Shown: positions 19,020 through 29,808, numbered from the stretch's first letter. The stretch: 64,000 nucleotides of DNA from an uncultured Actinomycetota bacterium (GCA_963697675.1 CAVOOW010000008.1:2268-66267), one strand, 5' to 3'. Program-made: numbers and translations. Notes: a model not told the origin generated them from the letters alone.

Positions 19020-20591
19020 CTAGGCCGCTTCGCCCCCGACAGCCACCGCCCCGTGGCGGGGGCACCTGTCGATGGGTGGCCCGTCGACGGGGCAGCTGCG
19101 CCGATGGGCACGCAGTGCTTCGTCGTCGCCTGGCCAAGCACCTTCATTCACTGTCGGTGTGCGGACGAAGATCGCCGCCAACACCCCGCCCGCGAGGAGC
19201 AACGCCGAGCAGACCCACATCGCCGTGCGGAACGCCGGATCGAGCAACGCCGGGTTCGTGTAGGCCTCGCCGCTGAGCCCCGCGATCAGCGGCAGTACGG
19301 CGACCGCCAGCAGGCCGGCCACCCGCGCGACTGCGTTGTTCACCCCGCTGGCAAGACCGGCGTGCCGGTCGGAGGCAGCCGCGAGGACTGTCGCGGTCAG
19401 CGGCGCGACGGTGAACGACAGCCCGAGTCCGAACAGCAGGACGGGAGGCAGGACGTCCCAGACGTAGGAAATGTCCTTGCCGATCCTGGTCATGAACGCG
19501 ACGGCGATCGCGCAGAGCACAGGTCCGACCGTCATCGGCACACGCGGACCGATGCGTTGCGCCAGCGCCCCCATGCGGGCCGACAGGAACAGCATGACCA
19601 CAGTGACGGGCAGCAGCGAGATGCCTGCCTCGAGAGGTGAGTAGCCCGCCACGACCTGAAGCTGCAGCACCAGCCAGAAGAAGACACCGCCAAGGGCGGC
19701 ATAGACGGTGAACGTCACCACATTGGTCACGTTGAACAGCCGCGATGAGAAGATGTCGAGCGGCAGCATGGGGTCCTTCGCGGTGCGCTCGCGCACGACG
19801 AAGGCGACCAAACCGGCGACGCCGACGAGCAGCGAGAGCAAGACCGCGGCGGAGCCGAGACCCTTGCCCTGCCAGGCGATCAAGCCGTACGTCAGGGAGC
19901 CCAACCCGACCGCGCCGAGCAGTGCGCCGAGGGCGTCGATGTGACGTGACGCCTGTGGGTCACGCGACTCTGGCACGTGCCGGAGAGCGCAGAAGATGAC
20001 CGCGACGGCCAGTGGCAGGTTGATCAGGAAGATCAGCCGCCACGAGACGGCCTGCACGAGGTAGCCGCCGATGAACGGTCCGGCCGCGCCCGCGACGCCG
20101 CCCAGTCCGGACCACGCGCCGATGGCCCGCGCCCGGTCCTCAGGGCGGAACGAGCTCTGCAGGATCGCCAGGCTGCCCGGCGTCAGCAGAGCGCCACCGA
20201 TGCCCTGCAAGGCTCGGGCCGCGACCAGCGTCTCGATGTTGGGGGCGATCCCGCACAGCAGCGACGCGACCGCGAACCAGGTCACCCCGATGACGAAGAC
20301 GCGCCGTCGCCCGAACCGGTCACCGAGAGACCCGCCGAGCAGGATCAGCGAGGCAAGCGTCAGCGTGTAGCCGTTGATGGTCCACTGCAGTCCCGCCAGC
20401 CCTGCATCGAGCGACTCACCGATGCGCGGCAGGGCGACGTTGACGACCGTTGCGTCGACGAACGCCATCCCCGACCCGAGGACCGTCGCCGCCAGCACCC
20501 AGCGACCGCGCTGCTCACCAAACGCCAGCCCGGTCTCGGTGTCAGAGGTTGTCGCCATCAGTCCGGCAAACAATACGGGCCGATGCGCCAT
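19020..20591 (-). CDS. MFS transporter, DHA2 (14-TMS EmrB/QacA-like) family
   Basis: 523 aa. The N-terminal motif is VDATVVNVALPRI and motif A is GSLGDRFGRRRVF. There are many hydrophobic segments. Confidence 0.8.
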   Translation of the reverse strand: MAHRPVLFAGLMATTSDTETGLAFGEQRGRWVLAATVLGSGMAFVDATVVNVALPRIGESLDAGLAGLQWTINGYTLTLASLILLGGSLGDRFGRRRVFVIGVTWFAVASLLCGIAPNIETLVAARALQGIGGALLTPGSLAILQSSFRPEDRARAIGAWSGLGGVAGAAGPFIGGYLVQAVSWRLIFLINLPLAVAVIFCALRHVPESRDPQASRHIDALGALLGAVGLGSLTYGLIAWQGKGLGSAAVLLSLLVGVAGLVAFVVRERTAKDPMLPLDIFSSRLFNVTNVVTFTVYAALGGVFFWLVLQLQVVAGYSPLEAGISLLPVTVVMLFLSARMGALAQRIGPRVPMTVGPVLCAIAVAFMTRIGKDISYVWDVLPPVLLFGLGLSFTVAPLTATVLAAASDRHAGLASGVNNAVARVAGLLAVAVLPLIAGLSGEAYTNPALLDPAFRTAMWVCSALLLAGGVLAAIFVRTPTVNEGAWPGDDEALRAHRRSCPVDGPPIDRCPRHGAVAVGGEAA

Positions 20592-20612
20592 GCCGGGCTA
20601 CGCTCCGCATCC

Positions 20613-21039
20613 ATGTCACCGGCCGCCGCTGGCTATTCGGGCACGCCCCTGCCGCGCAAGCTCGGCATCCGGGACGGGCACCGGGTGCTGCTCACCCGAG
20701 CCCCGGGCAGGTTTCGATCTCGGCGACCTGCACGCCGTTGACCTGCATGACGTCGTCGTACAACGGCGGGCAGGCGCGTCCCCGTACGACGTGATCCTGG
20801 CTTTCACACCCGACCAGCGCACCCTCGACCGCACGTTCCCCGACCTGGCCCCCCGCCTCGTCTCCAACGGCGGCCTGTGGATCGCCTGGCCCAAGCGGTC
20901 GAGCGGCATGCCGACCGACATCGACGAGAACATCGTGCGCGACGTCGGGCTGGCCGCCGGCCTGGTCGACAACAAGGTGTGCGCGATCGACGAGACCTGG
21001 TCAGGCCTGCGGTTCGTCGTGCGGTTGCGCGATCGCTGA
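20613..21039 (+). pseudogene. DUF3052 family protein, one frame change near 20700-20710
   Basis: The gene starts MSPAAAGYSGTPLPRKLGIRDGHRVLLTRAP in the frame of ORF 19977..20741. It continues AGFDLGDL...LWIAWPKRSSGMPTDIDENIVRD...KVCAIDETWSGLRFV in the frame of ORF 20374..21039. The switch falls in a ccccggg run. Confidence 0.7.
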
Positions 21040-22490
21040 CGGCTCTGGCTGTCGGAGCGGCGAGAACCACGTCCACAGGACCGTCGTCGTGGCCCCGACG
21101 GCCGCGACCCAGAGAGCCGGCCGCAGCCCGAACGCCGTGCCCAGCGCACCACCGGACACCGCGCCGAGCGCCTTCACGCCCTGGGTCACCGTCGCGAGCG
21201 AGGAGTTGGCCCGAGCCAGCATCTCGCGGGGGACCTCGGTGAGTACGAGGGCGCTCGTGTTGACGTCGAAGAGCATGATCGCCGCACCGACCACGATCTC
21301 GTTCGCGGCGAGGATTGTCAGCACCAGCCATCGCGGTCCGTGGGCGGCGGGGAAAGCGATCATGCCCAGACCGAACACAGCCGAGCCCAGCACGATGGTG
21401 CGACCGCGGCCGATCCGATCAGCCACGCGCGGCGCGAGCATCGCTCCGCCCAGCGAGCCCAGGCCGCCGGCCACGGTGACGCCCGCGATCATGACCGGCG
21501 AGAAGTCCTGCTCGCGGGTGAGATAGACGACGAGCAGGGCGAACACCATGAGCCCGAAGAAGTTCACGTTCGCTGCCGCGCCGGCGATGGCCCGCAGACG
21601 TCGGTCACTCCAGAGGTGGACCAGGCCCTCACCGATCTCCTGGCGCAGTCGCCGGCGGGGCGCCGGGACGTGCCCGATGCGCTCCGGCGCGCGGACCTTG
21701 CCGATCAGCAGCGCGGAGGCAACGAACGAGACCGCATCGACCAGAACGGCGACCGGAGCGGTGAGCAGCTGCACGAGCGAGCCGCCGAGGCCAGGACCGA
21801 GGAGCATCGCTGTCGCCTCGGAGGCACGCAGCCGGGCACTCGCGACGGTGAGCGCGATCTCGGGCACGACGTCGGGCAGGTGCGCACCGAACGCCGGCCG
21901 GAAGATGACCCGTGCGACGCCGACCACCAGCTCGACGGCGATCAGCTGGGTGACCGTCAGCGCGCCGGCCAGCCAGGCCAGCGGCACGGAGAGCAGCGTT
22001 GCCGCCGCGACGAGGTCGGCGGCGACCAGCAGCGGGCGGCGCCTCGGCAGGCGGTCGATCCAGGCACCGACGACGAGAGCGAACCCGACGTAAGGGGCGG
22101 TGCCGGCCGCCACGAGCAGGCCCATCTGCAGCGGGGACGCGCCCAGCAGCACCGCGGCCGCCAGCGGGATCGCGAGCACGGTGACCTCGCTGCCGACGGC
22201 CGACACGGAGTAAGCCGACCAGAGCAGCCGGAAGTCGCGGCCGCGCAACAGGGAGCGCGGGGAGGGCGGGCCGGTGCGCGCAGTCGGTCCGGTCGGTGCG
22301 GGCTGCCCAGTGGGTCCGGGGGGTGCGGGCTGCCCAGTGGGTCCGGTCGGTCCGGTCGGTCCGGTCGGCGCAGTCGGTGCGGGCTCGGCTGGTCGGCTGG
22401 TCCGGCTGGTCCGGCTGGTCCGGCTGGTCCAGTCAGCTCGGTCAGCTCGTGGGCCGTCTCGCGGCTCGGTGCGGTCGTTGTTTCGCTCAT
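21001..22490 (-). CDS. MFS transporter (ENTS-like) with repeat-encoded Pro/Gly/Thr-rich N-terminal extension; start unresolved
   Basis: The MFS core starts at LLRGRDFRLLWSAYSVSAVGSEV. Start candidates are in-frame TTG 22248, or ATG 22490 in another frame that joins the main frame if one nt is restored in the repeat tract. Confidence 0.7.
22285..22449. repeat. tandem 9-nt and 27-nt repeats inside the 5' part of the MFS gene
   Basis: Repeats seen: a 27-nt unit x2 (22295-22348), gtccggtcg x3 (22341-22367), ggctggtcc x4 (22395-22430) preceded by one 8-nt unit ggctggtc (22387-22394), and gtcagctcg x2 (22432-22449). Confidence 0.85.
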
Positions 22491-22493
22491 AAG

Positions 22494-22527
22494 TGTGAAG
22501 GTAATGCTTCACATCGTAGTTGTGAAG
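22494..22527. promoter_or_regulatory. candidate operator in the divergent MFS / ArsR-like promoter region
   Basis: AT-rich 62-bp spacer carrying TGTGAAG (22494-22500), CTTCACA (22507-22513) and TGTGAAG (22521-22527). These form two overlapping inverted repeats. Confidence 0.5.
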
Positions 22528-22552
22528 TGGTTCTTTCAGATATTCTCGATCC

Positions 22553-23176
22553 ATGACCCCGACCACGCCTGACTCCCGGACCCCGACCACTCCACGCGGC
22601 CCCGACGCCCGCTACGGCCAGCGGATCTCCGACCCCGGGGCGCTGCGCGCGCTGGCGCATGCCGGGCGCTACGCGATCCTCGAGCACCTCCAGAGCGGCG
22701 GGCCGGCGACGGCCACGGAATGCGCGCAGGTGGCCGGCCTGTCACCGAGCGCCTGCAGCTATCACCTGCGCCTGCTCGCCCGGCACGGGTTCGTCGAGGA
22801 GGACGCCTCGCGCGACGACGGTCGCGAACGGGCCTGGCGGGCGACCTCGACCGGCTGGTGGAGCGATGTCGACCCCGAGGTTGACCCCTCGGGTGTGCAG
22901 GCTCTGGACTCCGTCATCACTCGCGTGATGATGGCCAGTTCGGACGAGAAGCTGCTGGCGTTCGTCGACCACGCCACGCGAGAGCCGCAGTGGCGCGAGG
23001 CGGCGCTGTTCTCGAACAGCACCCTGGTGGCTACACCGGCGGAGCTCGCCGCCATCTCGGCGGCTGTCTTGGCCTTGCTGAGGCCCTACCTCCTCTCTGA
23101 CCGCCCCGCCGACGAGGTCCCCGAGGACGCGCGGCAGGTCCACGTCTCCGTCCGGATGGCGCCACGCCTGCCGTGA
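22553..23176 (+). CDS. ArsR-type winged-helix transcriptional regulator
   Basis: ALAHAGRYAILEHLQSGGPATATECAQVAGLSPSACSYHLRLLARHGFV HTH, with a C-terminal extension of about 110 aa. Confidence 0.8.
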   Translation: MTPTTPDSRTPTTPRGPDARYGQRISDPGALRALAHAGRYAILEHLQSGGPATATECAQVAGLSPSACSYHLRLLARHGFVEEDASRDDGRERAWRATSTGWWSDVDPEVDPSGVQALDSVITRVMMASSDEKLLAFVDHATREPQWREAALFSNSTLVATPAELAAISAAVLALLRPYLLSDRPADEVPEDARQVHVSVRMAPRLP

Positions 23177-23194
23177 GCGACTCGTGAGCGACGA

Positions 23195-23345
23195 CCTGCC
23201 TTACCTGCGCGCGACTGCCCGACCGGACATCGACGCGACCGGCTGACCTGACCTGCGCGCGACTGCCCGAACGACATCGACGCGACCAGCTGACCTGAGA
23301 CGCGACCGTCTGACCTGACCTGCGCGCGCACTGCCCGAGCGACGG
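23195..23345. repeat. about 48-bp tandem repeat, about 3 copies
   Basis: The unit acctgcgcgcgactgcccgaNcgacatcgacgcgaccRgctgacctg occurs at 23203-23250 and 23251-23297. A 20-nt partial unit follows, then a third degenerate copy from 23318. Confidence 0.7.
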
Positions 23346-23634
23346 CCGCGATTCCATGATCACGAAAGATACTGTGGAAGTGTCCGCTGGGATCCTTCGT
23401 GATCAAGGAATTTCGCCGGCCATGCCCGGCGGCGCTCCTAGCGCATCACCCTTTCGGCGGGCGGGTGCGGAAGCGAAGGAGTCATGGTCGGTCAAGGGCA
23501 GTGACCGCGCGAAGATGACGATTACAAGACCATGAACGATCTGTCCGGCTAGAGCCGATCGAAGCCTTCATGATCACCGAATGGGGCAGGGGGCTGTTGG
23601 GTTCGCGGTCCGCGCGGAGGTTGTTGTGCGGCGC

Positions 23635-23752
23635 GGGATGTCGGCTACTGCATGATCGATTGGATTTGGGCGGCACGGGATGTCGGCTGCTGCATGATCG
23701 ATTGGATTTCGGCGGCACGGGACGTCGGTTGGTGCATGATCGATTGGGGGAT
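23635..23752. repeat. 42-bp tandem repeat x3 immediately upstream of the oxidoreductase start
   Basis: The unit gggatgtcggctRctgcatgatcgattggatttSggcggcac occurs at 23635-23676 and 23677-23718. A third, diverged and shortened copy spans 23719-23752. Confidence 0.85.
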
Positions 23753-23779
23753 GGGCTCGCCTGACAGGGAGGGGCAGGA

Positions 23780-24644
23780 ATGACTTCCACGATTGCCGTT
23801 CTCGGCACCGGCACGATGGGTGGGCCGATGGCCCGCAACCTCGCCGCCGCCGGCTTCACCGTGCGGGCCTGGAACCGTACGCGCGACAAGGTCGAGGCGC
23901 TGGCCAGTGACGGCATCCGAATCGCCGACTCCCCCGCAACGGCGGCGGCCGGCGCCGACGTACTCATCACGATGCTCTTCGACGTCGCCGCGGTGCGCGA
24001 GGTCGCGCAGGAGGCCCTGCCCGCCCTGCCGGCCGGCGCGCTCTGGCTGCAGATGTCGACCGTCGGGGTGGCCGGGACCCGCGAGCTCGCGGCGCTGGCG
24101 CGCGCCCACGACGTGGCCTTCGTCGACGCTCCGGTGCTCGGAACCAGGGCGCCCGCGGTCAACGGGCACGCTGGTCGTGGTCGCCAGCGGGGATCCTGCG
24201 GTGCGCGAGCGCTGCGCACCGGTGTTCGACGTGGTCGGGTCGCGAACCCTGTGGGTCGAGGGCGACGCCGGAGCGAGCGGGCTCAAGCTGGTCGTCAACA
24301 GCTGGGTGGCCGCGCTGATCGAAGGCATCGCCGAGGCCGTCGCGCTGGCCGAGGCGTCCGGCCTGGACGGCGCGCTGTTCCTCGAGGCGATCAAGGGTGG
24401 CCCGACCGACACGCCGTACGCGCAGATCAAGGGATCAGCCATGCTCGCGCGCGACTTCACGACGAGCTTCTCGCTGGCGGGGGCGCTCAAGGACACCGGC
24501 CTGATCCTCGAGCTCGCCGAGGAGGTGGGCGTCGAGATGGCGGTGACATCAGCGGTACGTCGACACATGGCGCTCGCCGTCGAGATGGGTCATGGTGACG
24601 AGGACATGGGCGCGACCTACTACGCACACGCACCGAACCGCTAG
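23780..24644 (+). pseudogene. NAD(P)-binding 3-hydroxyisobutyrate/6-phosphogluconate dehydrogenase-family oxidoreductase, one frame change near 24161-24170
   Basis: The N-terminus IAVLGTGTMGGPMARNL...DAPVLGTRAPAVNG is in the frame of ORF 23780..24598. It continues TLVVVASGDPAVRERCAPVFD...LKLVVNSW... in the frame of ORF 23793..24644. The switch is at a ggg run. Confidence 0.75.
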
Positions 24645-24690
24645 GCACGCACCCGCCGGGCACGCAGACAGCAAGAGGAGCACGACTGAC

Positions 24691-25860
24691 GTGGACTTCA
24701 CCATCCCCGAGGAGCTCACCGCGCTGCGCAAGTCCTACGGGACCTTTCTCGACCGGGAGGTGCGGCCCGTCGAGGAGTCGCTGCGCGAGGAGTTCGCGGC
24801 GCTGCAGCCCGACCACGCGCGGCTGAAGGGCGCCGGTCTGGCCGTGCGCAAGCGGTCGGCCGAGGAGGGCTTCTACGCGTGCTACCTGCCTGAGGACGCC
24901 GGCGGCTGGGGAGTCTCGACGCTGGGCATCAGCCTGCTGGTCGAAGATGCGGCGCGCAGCGGGCTGCGGCTCGCGCCACTGACGCTGGGCGTGCCCAACC
25001 CGTCCGGTCCGACGCCGCTGCTCCTCCACCTGCCCGCGCACCTGCGGGCGACGTACCTCGACCCCCTGGTGCGCGCCGAGAAGTCGACGTGCTTCGCGCT
25101 CACCGAACCCGAGGCGGGCAGCGACGCCCAGTCCATCCGCACCAAGGCCCGGCTCGAGGGCGATGAGTGGGTCATCGACGGGATGAAGCACTACATCACC
25201 AACGGCGACGCTGCCGACTTCGCCATCGTCTTCGCGGTGACCGACGCCGAGAAGCGCGCAGCAGGCGGGATCACGGCCTTCGTGGTGCCCCGCGAGCAAT
25301 ACCGCGTCGGGAAGATGCAGACGACGATCGCGGACGCGCACCCGTCCGAGCTGTGGTTCGACGAGGCCCGGGTGCCGGCCGACCACGTCATCGGTGAGGT
25401 CGGTCGCGGCTTCCAGACCGCGATGACCTTCCTCAACGCCGGGCGGGCCGGTTTCGCCGCACAGTCGCTCGGGCTCGCGGAGTTCTGCCTGGACCAGGCC
25501 GTGGCTCACGCGAAGTCGCGAACGGCCTTCGGCAAGCCGCTGGCCGCCAACCAGGGGGTGTCCTTCCCGCTCGCCGAGTGCAAGGTCGAGATCGAGGCGA
25601 TCCGCTGGATGACCTACCACCTCGCCTGGTCGGTCGATCAGGGCGAAACCGCCGCGCTGGACTCCTCGATCGCCAAGTACTTCGCCACCGACCGGGCCTA
25701 CGCCGTCGCCGACCGCTGCCTGCAGGTCTTCGGCGGCATGGGGCTGCTGCGCGAGGGACCGGTCGAACGGGTGCTGCGGCACCTGCGCGTCCTGCGGGTC
25801 GTCGAGGGCGCGTCCGAGGTGCAAAAGGTCGTGATCGCCCGATCCCTCGGGCTTGGCTGA
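24691..25860 (+). CDS. acyl-CoA dehydrogenase
   Basis: GTG 24691 is preceded by AAGAGGAG. Typical ACAD motifs are present (CFALTEPEAGSDA, ...ITNG..., QVFGGMG). Confidence 0.85.
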   Translation: MDFTIPEELTALRKSYGTFLDREVRPVEESLREEFAALQPDHARLKGAGLAVRKRSAEEGFYACYLPEDAGGWGVSTLGISLLVEDAARSGLRLAPLTLGVPNPSGPTPLLLHLPAHLRATYLDPLVRAEKSTCFALTEPEAGSDAQSIRTKARLEGDEWVIDGMKHYITNGDAADFAIVFAVTDAEKRAAGGITAFVVPREQYRVGKMQTTIADAHPSELWFDEARVPADHVIGEVGRGFQTAMTFLNAGRAGFAAQSLGLAEFCLDQAVAHAKSRTAFGKPLAANQGVSFPLAECKVEIEAIRWMTYHLAWSVDQGETAALDSSIAKYFATDRAYAVADRCLQVFGGMGLLREGPVERVLRHLRVLRVVEGASEVQKVVIARSLGLG

Positions 25861-26046
25861 TCGCGATTCGTGACGGGCAGTCGCGATCGTGAAGGATGAG
25901 GAACGAATCCGATGATCGCGACGGGATTGGCACGAGTCCGATGAATCGCGACCATTATTGATTGCCGACTACTCTGGACACGCCTGCCGAACAGGGGCGG
26001 GCCGAGCGCGTTTCGACATGTCGGCGAGGAAGAGGCGATTCAAGCC

Positions 26047-29000
26047 GTGTCACAGTCCGGGGAACACACCGCTGCCCAGACGTTGGCCCAGTTCGGTGCC
26101 AACGAATGGCTGGTCGACGAGATGTACCAGCAGTACCTGAAGGACCCCGGATCGGTCGACAAGGCGTGGTGGGACTTCTTCGCTGACTACCACCCACAGC
26201 AGGACCGGGCCGGCGCGCCGACCGAGAAGCCCTCGACGAACGGCGGAACCGCACCGGCCACGACCCAGCCCGCGCAGCAGCCCGCAGCCACCCCCGACCA
26301 GAGCGCCCCCGGCGCGCGCGCGGACGGGGCGCCCGCCACGGTCGACGTACCCAAGAAGACCGAAGCACCCACCGCGGCCAAGCCGGCCACGACCGACACC
26401 GCTGAGGCACCCAAGCCGTCCTTCAACGACGCCGAGGCGGTGCCGCTCAAGGGCGCGGCCGCGCGCGTCGTCAGCAACATGGAGACCAGCCTCGGCGTCC
26501 CGACCGCCACCAGCGTGCGGTCGATCCCGGCCAAGCTGCTCATCGACAACCGCGTCGTGATCAACAACCACCTCAAGCGGGGTCGCGGCGGCAAGGTCTC
26601 GTTCACCCACCTGATCGGCTATGCCGTGATCCGGGCACTCGCCGACATGCCCGAGATGAACAACGGGTTCGGTGAGAAGGACGGCAAGCCGGTCGTGCTC
26701 AAGCCCGAGCACGTCAACTTCGGTCTGGCCATCGACATCTCCAAGCCCGACGGGACGCGCACGCTGCTGGTGCCCTCGATCAAGGGCGCCGAGGCGATGG
26801 ACTTCGCGGCCTTCTGGTCGGCGTACGAGGACATCGTGCGCCGCGCCCGCACCAACAAGCTGACCGCCGACGACTTCGCCGGCACCACGATCAGCCTCAC
26901 CAACCCCGGCACGATCGGCACGATCCACTCCGTGCCCCGCCTGATGGCCGGTCAGGGCACGATCGTCGGCGTCGGCGCGATGGAATATCCAGCCGAGTAC
27001 CAAGGTGCGGCTCCCGAGACGCTCGCGCGGCTCGCGGTCAGCAAGATCGTGACCCTGACGTCGACCTACGACCATCGGATCATCCAGGGCGCGCAGTCCG
27101 GCGACTTCCTGCGCCGCATCCATGCGCTGCTGCTCGGCGAGGACGACTTCTACGACGACGTGTTCCGCGCGCTGCGCCTGCCCTACGAGCCGATCCGCTG
27201 GGTGCGCGACATCTCCGCCTCGCACGAGGACGACGTCGTCAAGCAGGCACGTGTCCAGGAGCTGATCCACGCCTACCGGGTGCGCGGCCACCTGATGGCC
27301 GACACCGACCCGCTGGAGTTCCGGCAGCGCTCGCACCCCGACCTCGACGTCGTCACCCATGGGCTGACGCTGTGGGACCTCGACCGGGAGTTCGCGACCG
27401 GGGGCTTCGGCGGCCGGCCGATGCTGGCGCTGCGCGACATCCTCGGCGTCCTGCGCGAGTCCTACTGCCGGCGCATCGGCATCGAGTACATGCACATCCA
27501 GGACCCCGAGGAGCGCCACTGGATCCAGGCGCGCGTCGAGGTCCCGCATGCGAAGCCGTCCCGCGAGGAACAGCTCCGCATCCTGAGCAGGCTCAACGCC
27601 GCGGAGGCGTTCGAGACGTTCCTGCAGACCAAGTTCGTCGGGCAGAAGCGGTTCTCGTTGGAGGGCGGCGAGTCGGTCATCCCGCTGCTCAACCAGGTGA
27701 TGATGTCGGCGGCCGAGGCGGACCTCGACGAGGTCACCATCGGCATGCCGCACCGCGGCCGGCTCAACGTGCTCGCCAACCTGGCTGGCAAGAGCTACAG
27801 CCAGATCTTCCGCGAGTTCGAGGGCAACCAGGACCCGCGTTCCGTGCAGGGCTCCGGTGACGTGAAATACCACCTCGGCACCGAGGGCACCTACACCAGC
27901 GAGGACGGCAAGGAGACCAAGGTCTATCTCGCCGCGAACCCGTCGCACCTCGAGGCGGTCAACCCCGTGCTGGAGGGCATCACCCGCGCCAAGCAGGACC
28001 GCATCAACAAGGGCGAGAAGGGCTTCACCGTGCTGCCCGTGCTCATGCACGGCGACGCTGCGTTCGCCGGGCAGGGAGTCGTCGCCGAGACCCTCAACCT
28101 CTCGCAGCTGCGCGGCTATCGCACCGGCGGCACGATCCACGTCATCATCAACAACCAGGTCGGGTTCACGACCTCGCCGGCCGCGTCGCGCTCGTCGTTC
28201 TACTGCACCGACGTCGCACGGATGATCCAGGCGCCGATCTTCCACGTCAACGGCGACGACCCCGAGGCATGCGTACGAGTCGCCAAGCTGGCCTTCGAAT
28301 ATCGGCAGGCGTTCAAGAAGGACGTCGTCATCGACATGGTCTGCTATCGCCGCCGCGGTCACAACGAGGGCGACGACCCGTCGATGACCCAGCCGCTGAT
28401 GTACAGCCTGATCGAGACGAAGCGCTCGGTGCGCAAGCTCTACACCGAGTCCCTGATCGGCCGCGGCGACATCTCGGTCGAGGAGGCGGAGCAGGCGTTG
28501 CGCGACTACCAGGGCCAGCTCGAGCGCGTCTTCACCGAGACCCGGGAGGCCGTCTCTGCGTCGACCGACCAGGGCACCGGTGTCGGTCTCGACCTGCCGT
28601 CGGAACAACACACGACGGTGGGCACCCCGCACGCGCGTACCGCTGTCGATCTTGAAGTGATCAAGCGCATCGCCGACGCCCACGTGACCCCGCCCAACGG
28701 ATTCACCGTGCACAACAAGCTGATGCCGCTCCTGCAGCGGCGCGCGGCCATGGCCTCGGAGGGCGGCATCGACTGGGCGATGGGCGAGATCTTCGCGTTC
28801 GGCTCGCTGCTGCTCGAGGGGCGGCCCGTCCGGTTGACCGGGCAGGACAGCCGGCGTGGCACCTTCGTGTCGCGCCATGCCGTGCTCACCGACCGCAAGA
28901 CCGGTGCCGAGTGGACGCCGTTGGCCCACCTCGACGAGAAGCAGGCACGGTTCTATGCGTTCGACTCGTTGCTCTCGGAGTTCGCGGCGATGGGCTTCGA

Positions 29001-29802
29001 ATACGGCTACTCGGTCGCCCGGCCGGACACCGTGGTGCTGTGGGAGGCGCAGTTCGGCGATTTCTTCAACGGGGCACAGACGATTGTCGACGAGTTCATC
29101 TCCTCGTCCGAGCAGAAGTGGGGACAGCGGTCAAGTGTCGTGCTGCTCCTGCCACACGGCTTCGAGGGGCAGGGGCCGGACCACTCGTCGGGTCGCATCG
29201 AGCGCTTCCTGCAGATGTGCGCCGAGGACAACATGACCGTGGCGATGCCCTCGACGCCGGCGTCGTACTTCCACCTGCTGCGCTGGCACGCCTACCACGA
29301 GCCGCGTCGCCCGCTGATCGTGTTCACCCCGAAGTCGATGCTGCGTCTCAAGGCAGCGGCCTCGGCGGTGGAGGACTTCACGTCGGGGCGGTTCCGCCCG
29401 GTCATCCCGGAGACCGAGGGGGGCATCGACCCCGCCGGTGTCCGGCGGGTGCTGCTGTGCTCGGGGAAGATCTACTACGACCTGCTCGCCGAGCGGGCGA
29501 AGCGCGCGACCTCCGGCGGTGAGCAGGTCGCGATCGTGCGCGTCGAGCAGCTCGCGCCCCTGGCGGCCAACGAGATCGCCGAGGCTGTGGCGGCTTACCC
29601 CGACGCCCAGATCCTGTGGGTCCAGGAGGAGCCGGCCAACCAGGGTCCGTGGCCGTTCATGGCACTCAACCTGCCCGCCCATCTCAGCGGTCGCCAGCTG
29701 GTCTGCGTGTCGCGGGCGGCGTCGGCGTCGCCGGCGACCGGTTCGCACAAGAAGCACGACCTCGAGCAGCGGGCACTGGTCGAGCGCGCGCTGACGCTCT
29801 GA
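26047..29802 (+). CDS. kgd: multifunctional 2-oxoglutarate metabolism enzyme (E1o with E2-like N-terminal part)
   Basis: 1251-aa ORF. It has an Ala/Pro-rich linker and a succinyltransferase-like segment (SFTHLIGYA...DHRIIQGA). The ThDP E1o domains follow ([41 protein letters not shown]). Confidence 0.95.
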   Translation: MSQSGEHTAAQTLAQFGANEWLVDEMYQQYLKDPGSVDKAWWDFFADYHPQQDRAGAPTEKPSTNGGTAPATTQPAQQPAATPDQSAPGARADGAPATVDVPKKTEAPTAAKPATTDTAEAPKPSFNDAEAVPLKGAAARVVSNMETSLGVPTATSVRSIPAKLLIDNRVVINNHLKRGRGGKVSFTHLIGYAVIRALADMPEMNNGFGEKDGKPVVLKPEHVNFGLAIDISKPDGTRTLLVPSIKGAEAMDFAAFWSAYEDIVRRARTNKLTADDFAGTTISLTNPGTIGTIHSVPRLMAGQGTIVGVGAMEYPAEYQGAAPETLARLAVSKIVTLTSTYDHRIIQGAQSGDFLRRIHALLLGEDDFYDDVFRALRLPYEPIRWVRDISASHEDDVVKQARVQELIHAYRVRGHLMADTDPLEFRQRSHPDLDVVTHGLTLWDLDREFATGGFGGRPMLALRDILGVLRESYCRRIGIEYMHIQDPEERHWIQARVEVPHAKPSREEQLRILSRLNAAEAFETFLQTKFVGQKRFSLEGGESVIPLLNQVMMSAAEADLDEVTIGMPHRGRLNVLANLAGKSYSQIFREFEGNQDPRSVQGSGDVKYHLGTEGTYTSEDGKETKVYLAANPSHLEAVNPVLEGITRAKQDRINKGEKGFTVLPVLMHGDAAFAGQGVVAETLNLSQLRGYRTGGTIHVIINNQVGFTTSPAASRSSFYCTDVARMIQAPIFHVNGDDPEACVRVAKLAFEYRQAFKKDVVIDMVCYRRRGHNEGDDPSMTQPLMYSLIETKRSVRKLYTESLIGRGDISVEEAEQALRDYQGQLERVFTETREAVSASTDQGTGVGLDLPSEQHTTVGTPHARTAVDLEVIKRIADAHVTPPNGFTVHNKLMPLLQRRAAMASEGGIDWAMGEIFAFGSLLLEGRPVRLTGQDSRRGTFVSRHAVLTDRKTGAEWTPLAHLDEKQARFYAFDSLLSEFAAMGFEYGYSVARPDTVVLWEAQFGDFFNGAQTIVDEFISSSEQKWGQRSSVVLLLPHGFEGQGPDHSSGRIERFLQMCAEDNMTVAMPSTPASYFHLLRWHAYHEPRRPLIVFTPKSMLRLKAAASAVEDFTSGRFRPVIPETEGGIDPAGVRRVLLCSGKIYYDLLAERAKRATSGGEQVAIVRVEQLAPLAANEIAEAVAAYPDAQILWVQEEPANQGPWPFMALNLPAHLSGRQLVCVSRAASASPATGSHKKHDLEQRALVERALTL

Positions 29803-29808
29803 GCTTCC

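Noticed and set aside
23570-23764. ORF 23570..23764, encoding a repeated ...GCRLLHDRLD.GGTG... peptide.
   Set aside because: It is simply the translation of the 42-bp tandem DNA repeat. It has no RBS and composition atypical for local genes.
26050-28929. Very long ORFs antisense to real genes: 26050..28929(-), 55996..58962(-), 53425..55572(+), 54305..56365(+), 29131..31479(-), 7092..9035(+), 15415..17244(+).
   Set aside because: Their products are Arg/Ala/Gly/Pro-rich low-complexity strings with no domain signatures. They lie opposite well-supported genes. This is the usual stop-codon-poor antisense artefact of >70% GC DNA.
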